From NCBI GenBank assembly GCA_965243025.1, contig CBDETY010000003.1, positions 6,464,001 through 6,528,000 of the forward strand: a stretch of DNA of 64,000 bases, read 5' to 3'. The stretch is from Candidatus Latescibacterota bacterium (GTDB lineage: Bacteria; Latescibacterota; UBA2968; UBA8231). Of the stretch, positions 9,679 through 22,497 are shown one piece after another. A model generated the notes under the pieces. It made no database searches, was not told the origin of the DNA, and worked only from the letters and a program-made list of their open reading frames with translations. The stretch's first letter is position 1. Every line of letters begins with the position of its first letter. The position numbers were made by a program, and so were the translations under genes.

Positions 9679-10473
9679 TCAGCGCAGGTGTATGCCGGGA
9701 CCGGTCGAGCCGATCATCTGCACCGTGTTGTAGATCGAGGCCGGGGTGCTCGCCCCGGTGACCCCGGAGATGCTCTCGACGCGCTCGACGTTGAGCTCCA
9801 GGGCGGGGCCCCGGGCCTGGATGGCGACGGTGGCGGTGTTCCACTCCGGATTGACCAGCATGACCGAGTGGGTGCGGTCGAAGCCGATGCCGGCGTAGGC
9901 GATGGAGGCGTGGGTGTTGACGTTGCGGGGGAACAGCGGGCAGATGCCGCGCGTGGGCCCGTCGTAGAGGCAGGTCTCCTCGGTGATGCTGTCCGGGTCG
10001 ACCCCGGCGTTGGCGCAGTCGACGTTGTGGGGCGGCTTCTTCATGACGACGTCGACCGACTCCCAGACGTCGCGGTTTTCCAGCAGCGCGTCCATGCCGA
10101 CCACCCCTCCGTGGGGGATGAACACCCGCGTCCCGTTGGCGACGCTGGTTTCGCCGAGTTTCCTCTCGACCTCCTCGTCGGCCAGCGCCGTTACCGAGAT
10201 CAGCATGTAGTTGGTCTCCCGGAGGATCGTTTCGGCCCAGCGGCGGGTCACCTCCGGGTGCGCCATCTCGACCACGAGGTCGGCCCGGCGGCCGGCGAAG
10301 TCGCCGAGATCCTCCAGCGCCAGGCCGTCGGGAAGGTCGGCGAGCCTGCCGGTGTCCTGGTCGTGCACGAAGACGACTTCCATACCCTGGTCGGAAGCAT
10401 CGATCATCCGGTGTACGGCGTTGCCGATCTGGCCGTACCCGATAAAGCCTATCCGCGTCCTGTCTGCCGCCAT
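9679..10473 (-). CDS. Aspartate dehydrogenase-like (NadX/DUF108) NAD(P)-binding protein, divergent
   Basis: GFIGYGQIG Rossmann motif, HGGVVGMD, KPP, FPRNVN. Confidence 0.75.
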   Translation of the reverse strand: MAADRTRIGFIGYGQIGNAVHRMIDASDQGMEVVFVHDQDTGRLADLPDGLALEDLGDFAGRRADLVVEMAHPEVTRRWAETILRETNYMLISVTALADEEVERKLGETSVANGTRVFIPHGGVVGMDALLENRDVWESVDVVMKKPPHNVDCANAGVDPDSITEETCLYDGPTRGICPLFPRNVNTHASIAYAGIGFDRTHSVMLVNPEWNTATVAIQARGPALELNVERVESISGVTGASTPASIYNTVQMIGSTGPGIHLR

Positions 10474-10665
10474 TGTACGCGCCCCTTTCTGCTTTCCTGT
10501 GGACGTTGAATGTGCGATCCGTGAAAACGGCGAGGGAATATAGGCGGCCCCGCGATTTCCCAGCCAGCCGGGAGGGGTTGCCCCCGCCCGGGCAGCGGCC
10601 GGGCGGTCACAGGTGCGGAAGCGGCCGGGAGGAGAAGCAGGACCTTTGAGGCGGACTGCGGGATC

Positions 10666-11595
10666 TCAGGAATCGGGGTCGGGCTTCGGCCGCGACGCCA
10701 CCTTGGCGACCCAGATGCTGATCTCGTAGAGCCCGAGCAGGGGCAGCGCCATCAGCAGCTGCGACAGCGGGTCGGGCGGGGTGAAGATGGCGGCGAGCAG
10801 GAAGATGGCGATGATTCCGTAGCGTCTGAAACGGCGCATCAGCTCCGGTGTGACGACCCCCATCTTGGCCAGCACCAGGGTTACTACCGGAAGCTCGAAC
10901 ACCAGGCCGAACCCGAGCAGCAGCCGCAGCACGAAACCGACGTACTCGTCCACCGCCCACTGGGAGGTCATGTCCGGGGGTTCGAGCCCGAGGAAGAACC
11001 TCAGCCCGAGGGGGAGGACGATCCAGTAGGCGATCATGCCGCCGCAGCCGAAGCAGAGGACGCTGAGCCCGGCGACCGGGAGGAGCAGCCGGCGCTCGCG
11101 GGCGAGGAGCCCGGGGGCGACGAAACGCCAGAGCTGGTGAAAGACCACCGGAAGCGAGAGCACGAGGCCGCCGATGATGGCGATCTGCAGGGTGACGAAG
11201 AAATAGGTCATCGGGCGCAGCGACTGCAGCCGGCGTCCCGGCGGGATCGCCGGGGCCGCCTCGGCAACGGTGGTATCCGGAAGTGCGGGGGAGAACCCCG
11301 TGTCCCACCAGCGCAGCAGCAGGCCGCGCACCGCTTCGACCGGGCCGGTGGCTCTCGCGGTCTGCATGCTGATCACCGCCTCCTCGTACGGGTAGGTGAG
11401 GATCTCGACGATGGGGTCGCTCAAAACGAAGCAGACCAGCGCTCCGACGAGGACCGCGGCCAGGGCCTTGAGGATACACCAGCGAAGCTCCTCGAGATGG
11501 TCGAGAAACGGCATCTCCCTGGCGTTCTCTTCGTTCCCCTCCACCTCCTCTTCGGGGGTTGTGAGTTCCTGCTCGTTCGTGGTTTCGTCCGACAT
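10666..11595 (-). CDS. tatC: Twin-arginine translocase subunit TatC
   Basis: MPFLDHLEELR, WRFVAPGL, FELP, TPPDPLSQ, LYEISI. Confidence 0.95.
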   Translation of the reverse strand: MSDETTNEQELTTPEEEVEGNEENAREMPFLDHLEELRWCILKALAAVLVGALVCFVLSDPIVEILTYPYEEAVISMQTARATGPVEAVRGLLLRWWDTGFSPALPDTTVAEAAPAIPPGRRLQSLRPMTYFFVTLQIAIIGGLVLSLPVVFHQLWRFVAPGLLARERRLLLPVAGLSVLCFGCGGMIAYWIVLPLGLRFFLGLEPPDMTSQWAVDEYVGFVLRLLLGFGLVFELPVVTLVLAKMGVVTPELMRRFRRYGIIAIFLLAAIFTPPDPLSQLLMALPLLGLYEISIWVAKVASRPKPDPDS

Positions 11596-12112
11596 CGGTC
11601 AGGGGCCGGGGAAGCGGTGCCCCGGAAGGGCGGCGGCGAGCTGGGCGGCCAGGTCGCCGTCCGCTTCGCCTTGAGTGTTTTCGGGGTCTATCCGGATCTC
11701 CACTTCCTGGTTTCCGCTTCAGTCATTTCCGCGCGCAGCGAGGGTCTTCCCCATGCCGGCAATTGTGATGCCGCAACGAAGGGGCGACTATGCGAGTGGG
11801 CCTGTGGAAAATAGCACCCATGCCGGGGGCCGGCTAAGGGATCGCCCTCGACAGGGGGCGATTTCCCGGGGATGGGAGGGGCCGGCCGTAGCGCCTTCGT
11901 CAGTTTACCGCCGCACTCACCGAAGGATCGGCGGTCCGCTGGATGGACGCGCGGTCGAAGAGCTCCGGTAAATCCGGGCATCCGGCGGCAGCCTCGTCGG
12001 AATCGCCCGCAGCGCATGCGTGTTCGCTATCTTGAGAGCCGGATCACGGTGGAGCTGCCGGCTTTCGACCGTATGTCGGACGGACGCCCTGCCATGGACA
12101 GGAGACAGGGAG

Positions 12113-12835
12113 ATGAAACAGGTGTCACCGGAGGTTTTCGAAGGCCTCCGACAGCTCGACACGGCAACGATTTTCAACGCCGTTGTCGAGGCGCGCGGCG
12201 CCAGCCAGGGCGGACGCCAGCTCGAGGACCAGGGCGGAGTGCCCTTCAACTACATGGGTCCCGGAATGCAGTGCATGCTGCCGAAGCTCGGCATGGCCGT
12301 CGGTTACGCGGTCACCTGCGAGCTGACGACCCAGGACCCGGACGGACCCGCTCTGGCATGGCACGAATATTACGACTGCCTCGACCAGTCGCCGGGCCCG
12401 ATGGTGGCCGTCATGAAGGACGTCGACACCCGTTGCGGCCGCGGCGCGTCGCTGGGAGACGGCATGGCCGCCCTCCACAAGCGGCTGGGGGTCGCCGGTA
12501 TCGTCGTCGACGGCTCGATACGGGATCTGGACGGAATCGAACGGGTGGGCCTTCCGGTCTGGGGAACCGGCCTCGTCCCGGGTCACGGCGTGTTCAGCCT
12601 GGTGCGCTGCAATCAGCCGGTCGCCGTGAAGGAGCTCCTGATCCACCCCGGGGAAATCGTCGCCGCCGACCGGGACGGAGTGGTGAAGATCCCGGCGGGG
12701 GACGACCCCGGAACCGTGCTGGAAAAGGGCAGGGAGATTCAGGAGCGCGAGGCCCGCTCCCACGCTGTTTACTCCGATCCGGATCTGACCTGGCAGGAAA
12801 TCAAGGAGTATCAGCAGAGGATGCGTTCGCAATGA
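12113..12835 (+). CDS. RraA family protein (HMG aldolase-like)
   Basis: VGYAVT, LGDGMA, GIVVDGSIRD, PGEIVAADRDGVV; ATG 12113 after GGAGA. Confidence 0.82.
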   Translation: MKQVSPEVFEGLRQLDTATIFNAVVEARGASQGGRQLEDQGGVPFNYMGPGMQCMLPKLGMAVGYAVTCELTTQDPDGPALAWHEYYDCLDQSPGPMVAVMKDVDTRCGRGASLGDGMAALHKRLGVAGIVVDGSIRDLDGIERVGLPVWGTGLVPGHGVFSLVRCNQPVAVKELLIHPGEIVAADRDGVVKIPAGDDPGTVLEKGREIQEREARSHAVYSDPDLTWQEIKEYQQRMRSQ

Positions 12836-12952
12836 CCCGCCCGACGGTGCGTCCCGCCACCCGGACCATCTGCCACCGAACCGGTTCCTTCAGCAGATTC
12901 GCCGCCGCCCGGGAGAGCTGATTCCCGCTCTCCTTTCCCGGTTTCCAGCTCC

Positions 12953-14521
12953 TCAGACGGCCCGCCTGGAGAGCGGGATGGCGGCCATTGCCGCAAGGAA
13001 GGCCGCGGCGGTGACGAGCCGGGCGAACAGGTCGCCGCGGCGGTTGTAGAAGGTCCGGCGCGACCCGGTGGCGAGGCCGCCGACGGCGTGCGCCTCGGTG
13101 AAGACCGGCGTCGACTGCGAGGTGCGGCCGTACGGGTCGACGAAAAGTGAGACCCCGCTCGTGGCGCAACGGGCGATGGCGGTGCGGTTCTCGACCGCCC
13201 TGAACACCGCCAGCTGGGCGTGCTGGTAGGGACCGGCGGTGCGGCCGAACCAGGAGTCGTTGGTGATCACGACGAGGAAGTCGGCGCCGGCGGCGACGTG
13301 GCGGCGCACCAGGTCGGGAAACACCGACTCGAAGCAGATCAGCACCGCGAAGTCGCCGCGCGGGTGCTCGAACAAGGTGCGCTCCCGCCCGCGGGCGAAC
13401 TCGGCCGGGCCGAGGTCCCCGGTCAGGGCGGTCCAGTCGATTTCCCGCAGCAGCGGCACGTGGTCCATGAAAGGAGTGCGCTCGCCGAACGGCACCAGGT
13501 GCATCTTGGCGTACCTCTGCGGCGGACGGTCCCTGGCGAAGTAGAAAGCGGCGTTGTAGGGCTCCCGGGTGTGCGGGTCGGCGTCCGAGGCGCCGGTCAG
13601 GACCGGCACCCCGAGCTCGGCGACGAGCTCCTCGACGCGGCTGCGGCAGTCCGCGCGGGTGCGCAACTGGCAGGGGACCGCGGTCTCAGGCCAGACGAGG
13701 AGGTCCGGTCCCTGCGCGGCCGCCGCCCGGGAGAGCTGCTCGAGAGTGATGAAGCTGCGCTCCAGGCCGCCGCTGTGCCATTTCTCCAGCCCGAGATTGT
13801 TCTGCACCAGCCCGACCCTGAGACCCCGCTCCCCAGGGGTCGAATCGATGACCGCTGTCGAGTACCACCAGGGACAGACGAACAGCGCGAGCAGCGCCGC
13901 GGCGCCGGCCAGCCTCGGCCGCATGCCGGAGGCTCGCAGCGTCAACCACAGGACGGCGTTGACCGCAGCCGCCCAGAAGGACACGCCGTACACCCCGGTG
14001 ATCTCGGCGTACTGGATGAGCTCCACGGTAACCGCCTGGGTGGACCCCAGCAGGAGCCAGGGAAACCCGAGCTCTCCCAGCGACAGCAGGTACTCCGCCC
14101 CGGTCCAGAGCAGCGGCGCGGCCAGCCATCCGGCATGGGGCCACGCTTTCACCGCGGTGGACAGCCCGGCGCCGGCCAGACCGTAGAACAGCCCGATGTA
14201 GCCGGCCATCAGCAGGGTGCCGGCGACGACCGCGGGTCCGCCCCCCTGGGTGAAGGCGACCCAGTAGAGGCTGTAGAGGCTGAAGACGAAGCCGGTCACC
14301 CAGCCGCAGCGGAATCCCTCTTTCCAGGCCGGCCGGGGTAGGCAGGAGAACAGCGGCAGCAGGGCGACGAAGGCCCAGGGGGAGCCGTGGGCCCATGCCA
14401 TCGGGTGGTCCGGAGCCGTCGGAAAGGCCAGCGACAGCAGCAGTCCCGAGAGGGCGGGCGCGACCCATCCACCTCCGGCCGGGGTCGGCGCGCTCGATGT
14501 CTGGAATCCCATGGGAAACAT
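12953..14521 (-). CDS. lnt: Apolipoprotein N-acyltransferase
   Basis: GFPWLLLG, VWPETA, KMHLVPFGE, ICFES, ITNDSWF, RAVEN. Confidence 0.95.
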   Translation of the reverse strand: MFPMGFQTSSAPTPAGGGWVAPALSGLLLSLAFPTAPDHPMAWAHGSPWAFVALLPLFSCLPRPAWKEGFRCGWVTGFVFSLYSLYWVAFTQGGGPAVVAGTLLMAGYIGLFYGLAGAGLSTAVKAWPHAGWLAAPLLWTGAEYLLSLGELGFPWLLLGSTQAVTVELIQYAEITGVYGVSFWAAAVNAVLWLTLRASGMRPRLAGAAALLALFVCPWWYSTAVIDSTPGERGLRVGLVQNNLGLEKWHSGGLERSFITLEQLSRAAAAQGPDLLVWPETAVPCQLRTRADCRSRVEELVAELGVPVLTGASDADPHTREPYNAAFYFARDRPPQRYAKMHLVPFGERTPFMDHVPLLREIDWTALTGDLGPAEFARGRERTLFEHPRGDFAVLICFESVFPDLVRRHVAAGADFLVVITNDSWFGRTAGPYQHAQLAVFRAVENRTAIARCATSGVSLFVDPYGRTSQSTPVFTEAHAVGGLATGSRRTFYNRRGDLFARLVTAAAFLAAMAAIPLSRRAV

Positions 14522-14986
14522 CAGGGTGCCGTTTCGATACGACCCGGTGATTTAATCCGCAGAAGCATCTTTTCGGGGGTGTTGCTATCGCCCACAACAG
14601 CCAGCCACGACTTCATCGGCATTCAGGCCGGGCGCTTCGCGCTCCGGTTTTGAAAGCGGTTACAGGGAGGGACACCGGGAGCCTGGGTGAGGGCTGCAGT
14701 GCGGATGGAGGCGTCCCGGCGCGGGGGAACGCCGCGAGCCGGGAGGCGGCGGCGGGGAAAGCGCGCAATATACCGGCCTTCCAGGCAGCGGGCAAAGCGG
14801 TACGGGATATGCTTGCAAACCGTGCAGCAGTTCCTCAGTCCGCGATACTGTTTCCGGATGGTGTCGCGTGTAAGCGATCGGAGCCGGAACATGAAAACGA
14901 GGACGAGCAGGGGGGCAGCAGCAGCGGGGAATCAGCCGCGGGAGGGGCGGGCGGCTTGCTACGCCATCACCGCCGGAAGGGGGGCC

Positions 14987-15655
14987 ATGGCGATAGGAGA
15001 AGGGGGAGCGTCGCAGCTGCCGCGGGAGCGGCTGGCGCGCGACGGCGTCGAGGCGCTGCGCGACAGCGAGCTTCTCGCTCTCGTCCTGGGGACGGGATAC
15101 CGCGGCTGCAACGTGCTCGACGTCGCCCGGGGAATCGTCGAGAAGCACGATCTCGGAGAGCTGATGTCCTTCGACCTCGTGCAGCTGTCGCGCCTCAAGG
15201 GGGTCGGCAAGGTGAAGGCGGCCATACTTCTGGCGGCGTTCGAGCTGGCGCGCCGCGCCCTCGACAAGGGACTGGGGGTGCTGCCCATCATCAGCACTCC
15301 GGTAGAGACGATTCCGCTGCTGGCCGAGATCAAGGACCAGCGCAAGGAGTACTTCGTCTGCCTCTACCTCAACGCGCGCAACCAGGTGATCCACAAGGAA
15401 GTGATCTCGATCGGCAGCCTGTCGGCCTCGATCGTCCATCCGCGGGAGGTCTTCCAGGTAGGTGTGTATCATTCGGCGGCGAGCATCATTCTCGCTCACA
15501 ACCATCCTTCCGGAGACGTCTCGCCGAGCAAGGACGACATCGATCTGACGCACCGGTTGCGCGAGGCGGGCCTGATCATGGGGATCGAAGTCCTCGATCA
15601 CATCATCATCGCCGCCGGGGATTTCGTCAGTCTGAAGGAGACGGGGATCGTCTGA
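14987..15655 (+). CDS. radC: RadC/JAB domain protein
   Basis: PRERL..ELLA, VHPREVF, HNHPSGDVSPSKDD, VLDHII. Confidence 0.93.
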   Translation: MAIGEGGASQLPRERLARDGVEALRDSELLALVLGTGYRGCNVLDVARGIVEKHDLGELMSFDLVQLSRLKGVGKVKAAILLAAFELARRALDKGLGVLPIISTPVETIPLLAEIKDQRKEYFVCLYLNARNQVIHKEVISIGSLSASIVHPREVFQVGVYHSAASIILAHNHPSGDVSPSKDDIDLTHRLREAGLIMGIEVLDHIIIAAGDFVSLKETGIV

Positions 15656-15699
15656 CCGCGGGCTGTCTGGAGCATCCCCTGCAGGGGGTCCCTTTCGTT

Positions 15700-15727
15700 T
15701 TGCTTAACGGCTCGGATGAGGTATATT
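15700..15727 (+). promoter_or_regulatory. Putative sigma70 promoter TTGCTT-16 nt-TATATT
   Basis: Consensus-like hexamers in an AT-enriched patch ~40 nt upstream of ATG 15766. Confidence 0.4.
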
Positions 15728-15765
15728 CCGGGGCATCGCGCTAAACACAGTGTTAGCAGCCAGTT

Positions 15766-16467
15766 ATGTCTCCAGAGAAAAAACAGGACGAGCACCTGAT
15801 CCCCGTAGAGGTCTGGCGCATCTATCCCTACTCGGACTCCTCCCCTCCCCAGACATTTCTCGTGGTACTCAAGGGAGAGGAGGACCGCTTCGTGCCGATC
15901 TCGATAGGGGCGCCGGAGGGCCAGTACCTGGTCATGGCGATGCAGCAGGTCTCCTTCCCCCGGCCGCTGACCCACAACCTGTTTCAGAATCTCCTCGAAA
16001 AGGTCAAGGGCGAGGTTCGCAGACTCGTGGTTCACACGCTCAAGGAGGATATCTTCCACGCCTACCTGCTGGTCCAGACCGAGCAGGATGTCTTCTACCT
16101 CGACTGCAGGCCGAGCGACGGCATGATCCTCGCGACGCTGATGTCCATCCCGATTTTCATGAGCCCCGAGGTGATGGAAGAGGCCGGGAAAGAACTGGGA
16201 GCGATGCTGAACATCGCCGACCTGGGGGAGGATGTTTCCGGCGGCAACGGCGAGGAGACGGACCCCGCCCTGGTCGAGGTCGAAGTCAGGGAAGAGTCCG
16301 GAGCCGAGAAGGTTGCCGAAGGGGCGGTAGAAGAGGGAGAGATGTCCGAGCTGGAGCTGCTCAAGGCGCAGCTCGACCGGCTGGTCGCCGAAGAGGCCTA
16401 CGAGGAAGCGGCCCGCCTGAGAGACAAGATCAGCAAAATGGAGAACGGCGACTCCGATTCTTCGTGA
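15766..16467 (+). CDS. Bifunctional nuclease (DUF151) with C-terminal UVR domain
   Basis: PISIG..E, PRPLTH, DCRPSDG; C-terminal EAYEEAARLRDKI. Confidence 0.88.
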   Translation: MSPEKKQDEHLIPVEVWRIYPYSDSSPPQTFLVVLKGEEDRFVPISIGAPEGQYLVMAMQQVSFPRPLTHNLFQNLLEKVKGEVRRLVVHTLKEDIFHAYLLVQTEQDVFYLDCRPSDGMILATLMSIPIFMSPEVMEEAGKELGAMLNIADLGEDVSGGNGEETDPALVEVEVREESGAEKVAEGAVEEGEMSELELLKAQLDRLVAEEAYEEAARLRDKISKMENGDSDSS

Positions 16468-16498
16468 GCCGGAAGGAACCCGGTCTCTTTATCACACC

Positions 16499-16529
16499 AA
16501 CCCCCGGCATTCGCACGGGGGTTTTTTTT
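16499..16529 (+). terminator. Intrinsic terminator hairpin + T8
   Basis: AACCCCCG-gcattcgca-CGGGGGTT followed by a T run. Confidence 0.75.
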
Positions 16530-16549
16530 GGACAGGACAGGAGGGAAGA

Positions 16550-17005
16550 ATGACTTACCGCAGAATCGCGGCGGCGTGCGCGGCGGCAATGGCACTGCAG
16601 ACCGCAGCGTTATGGGCGCACTGCGAAATACCGTGCGGCATTTACGGCGACGAGCTTCGCTTTTCGATGATCGAGGAGAACATCCAGACCGTCGAAAAGT
16701 CGATGAAGATGATCGTCGAGCTTTCCGGGGACAGCGCCAATGCCAACCAGGTGGCTCGCTGGGTGAACAACAAGGAGAAGCACGCCGACGACATCCGGGA
16801 GATCGTAACGCAGTACTTCCTTACGCAGCGGATAAAACTGCCGTCCCCGGAAATCGAAGCGCAGGAGGCCTACAGGAACAAGCTGGCGCTCCTGCACCAG
16901 ATGCTGGTCTACGCGATGAAGTGCAAACAGACGACCGATACGGCCAACGCCGACAAGCTTCGGGAGCTGGCCCGGGACTTCAAGCAGGCGTATACGGCCG
17001 GGTAG
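16550..17005 (+). CDS. sodN: Nickel superoxide dismutase precursor
   Basis: Ni-hook HCEIPCGIY directly after a signal-peptide-like leader; RWVNNKEKHA. Confidence 0.93.
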   Translation: MTYRRIAAACAAAMALQTAALWAHCEIPCGIYGDELRFSMIEENIQTVEKSMKMIVELSGDSANANQVARWVNNKEKHADDIREIVTQYFLTQRIKLPSPEIEAQEAYRNKLALLHQMLVYAMKCKQTTDTANADKLRELARDFKQAYTAG

Positions 17006-17108
17006 GGCTGGGATTATGGCGTAGCAGCGCCGCGGGGGCGCCGCCGGCGGGGCGGGCTTGGGGCGCTTGCAGGGGGCGACCGGGCGCGGGCACGGGAAAG
17101 AGGGGAAC

Positions 17109-20546
<3,438 letters not shown>

Positions 20547-20552
20547 ACGACC

Positions 20553-21305
20553 ATGCGGAAAATCCCTGACTTTCCCGCTTCGATCCTTACGGCATTGACC
20601 GCGGTCCTCGCCGCCGCATCGGTGGAGTGCATCGGACAAACTCCTGCGGAGAACGAGTTCCGTTCCGAGCGGCGGCGCATGGTTGCCCGGGACCTCGCGG
20701 CCCGGGACATAACCGATTCGACGGTGCTCGCAGTGATGGCCCGGGTCCCGAGGCATCTCTACGTCCCTGAGGGCCTGCGCCGCTACGCCTACCGCGACAG
20801 CCCATTGCCGATCGGCGAGGACCAGACCATCTCGCAGCCGTACATCGTCGCCTTCATGACCCAGGCGATGAGTCTCAGCCCCACCGACCGCGTCCTCGAG
20901 ATCGGTACCGGGTCCGGTTACCAGGCGGCGGTTCTCGGCGAAATCGCCGCGGAGGTGTACACCATCGAAATCATTCCCGAGCTCGCCGAGCGTTCCAGGG
21001 CGTTGCTGCAGGACCTCGGCTACGCAAACATCCACGTGCGCACAGGGGACGGGTACTTCGGCTGGCCGGAGAAGGCGCCGTTCGACGCCATCATCGTCAC
21101 CGCCGCCCCGGACCACGTACCCCAGGCCCTCGTCGACCAGCTTGCAGACGGCGCCCCCCTCGTGATGCCTGTCGGGGACGCCTACCAGGAGCTTGTCCGC
21201 ATCACCCGGCGCGGCAACGCGCACACGACCGAGCGTCTCCTGCCGGTGCGCTTCGTACCGATGACGGGGAGGGCGAAGGCGGTCGGCGATTCAATACGCC
21301 GCTGA
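20553..21305 (+). CDS. pcm: Protein-L-isoaspartate O-methyltransferase
   Basis: QTISQPY, VLEIGTGSGYQAA, APFDAIIVTAA, VRFVPM. Confidence 0.95.
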   Translation: MRKIPDFPASILTALTAVLAAASVECIGQTPAENEFRSERRRMVARDLAARDITDSTVLAVMARVPRHLYVPEGLRRYAYRDSPLPIGEDQTISQPYIVAFMTQAMSLSPTDRVLEIGTGSGYQAAVLGEIAAEVYTIEIIPELAERSRALLQDLGYANIHVRTGDGYFGWPEKAPFDAIIVTAAPDHVPQALVDQLADGAPLVMPVGDAYQELVRITRRGNAHTTERLLPVRFVPMTGRAKAVGDSIRR

Positions 21306-21461
21306 ATTCCGGGGTTTTCTGAGGTCGCCGGGTTACCGGCTTCCGGAAGGGCCGCGGTCGATGCGGTGTCGGCGATTCAATACGCCGTTGAATTCCGGGG
21401 TTATCTGAGGTCGCCGGGTTACCGGGCTTCCGGAAGGGCCGCTGCTGTCGATGCGGTGTCG
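21282..21461. repeat. Imperfect tandem repeat, two copies with ~86 bp period
   Basis: Units start GTCGGCGATTCAATACGCCG at 21282 and 21368; the first copy includes the pcm stop codon. Confidence 0.9.
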
Positions 21462-21543
21462 CCGGTAAACGGGCCGCCGGTGCAGGGATGGAGCCTTCGG
21501 CGCGGCCACGCGTCCGGCTGCGGTCAATCCGTTCGGGGTACGG

Positions 21544-22497
21544 CTATATGCGCCCGGATACGGAAAGTCTGTGGACGATGCCCAGCGACGGGTAGGACGC
21601 GTAGGCGTAATCGAGCCGGTAGCGCTGCAGCACGAACCCGGCCCCCGCCGTCAGTCCGACGGCATCTTCCCCCTGCACACCGGTCTGCTGCAGGCTGTAC
21701 CCGGGACGCAGGAACAGATTGTCCCCGACCTGCAGCTCGGCTCCGAAGGCGAAGAACGGATCGCCGTCATTCGGGAGATTTGCGTCCGCGAGCAGGACCA
21801 GGGGCAGGGGGGCGTGTGCCGGCCGATGGGAAACGCCCGCCCGGAGGACCACCGGCAGCGAGTCCTTGAACTCGCCGGTGTAACCGCTGCGCACGCTGCC
21901 CATGTTGGAGATCGAGAATCCCATCTTCATGCCCTTGATCGGTCCGTCGGCGAGGAGGCCGAGGTCCAGGGCATAGGCGTCGGAGGTGTAGTCCTGGATG
22001 CTCGAGTAGATCGCCTTCAGGCTCGCCCCCACCGCGAGGCGGCGCCAGACCCTCTGGGCCGCTGTCACAGAAGCGGCGAGCTCGAATGCGCCGAAGCTCC
22101 CCAGGTCCTGGCCGTCGGCGTCGGTGTGCCGCATCGAGCCGTAGGAGAAGTAGTTGACGCTTCCCGCCCATACGCGGTTCTCGCCAGGGAGGGCGACGCT
22201 GATGAAACCGGCCTCGGTGTCGACGAGATAGCTGGCGAGCGAGACGACCCCGGCCCGCTGCTCCAGGCCGTGCAGCCCCGCGGGGTTGAAGGCGGCGGCT
22301 TCCATCTCTCCGGCCACCGCGGCGTAGGCGCCGCCCAGCGCGGTGGGCCGGGCCCCCACGGGAATCTTGAGGAAATTGAACCCTGTCGTACCGGCGTTTT
22401 CATTGATCGCCAGGGCGGGTTGCGCTGCCGGAAGGAGGACGAGGGCGGCCGGGCCGGCAGCGGCCGCCCCCAGGCGAAGGAATTGCCTGAGGATCAT
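21544..22497 (-). CDS. PorV/PorQ-like (UPF0164) outer-membrane beta-barrel protein
   Basis: Signal peptide; FLKIPVGARPTALGGAY..NPAGL; amphipathic beta strands; DYAY..LG..HRLSV C-terminus. Confidence 0.8.
   Translation of the reverse strand: MILRQFLRLGAAAAGPAALVLLPAAQPALAINENAGTTGFNFLKIPVGARPTALGGAYAAVAGEMEAAAFNPAGLHGLEQRAGVVSLASYLVDTEAGFISVALPGENRVWAGSVNYFSYGSMRHTDADGQDLGSFGAFELAASVTAAQRVWRRLAVGASLKAIYSSIQDYTSDAYALDLGLLADGPIKGMKMGFSISNMGSVRSGYTGEFKDSLPVVLRAGVSHRPAHAPLPLVLLADANLPNDGDPFFAFGAELQVGDNLFLRPGYSLQQTGVQGEDAVGLTAGAGFVLQRYRLDYAYASYPSLGIVHRLSVSGRI

Noticed and set aside
11599-11765. tatB remnant or small ORF (VEIRIDPENTQG..., GMGKTL) upstream of tatC
   Set aside because: No transmembrane helix or FGP motif; the similarity is too short to support
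21282-21461. CRISPR array
   Set aside because: Only two contiguous ~86-bp units, no unique spacers and no cas genes
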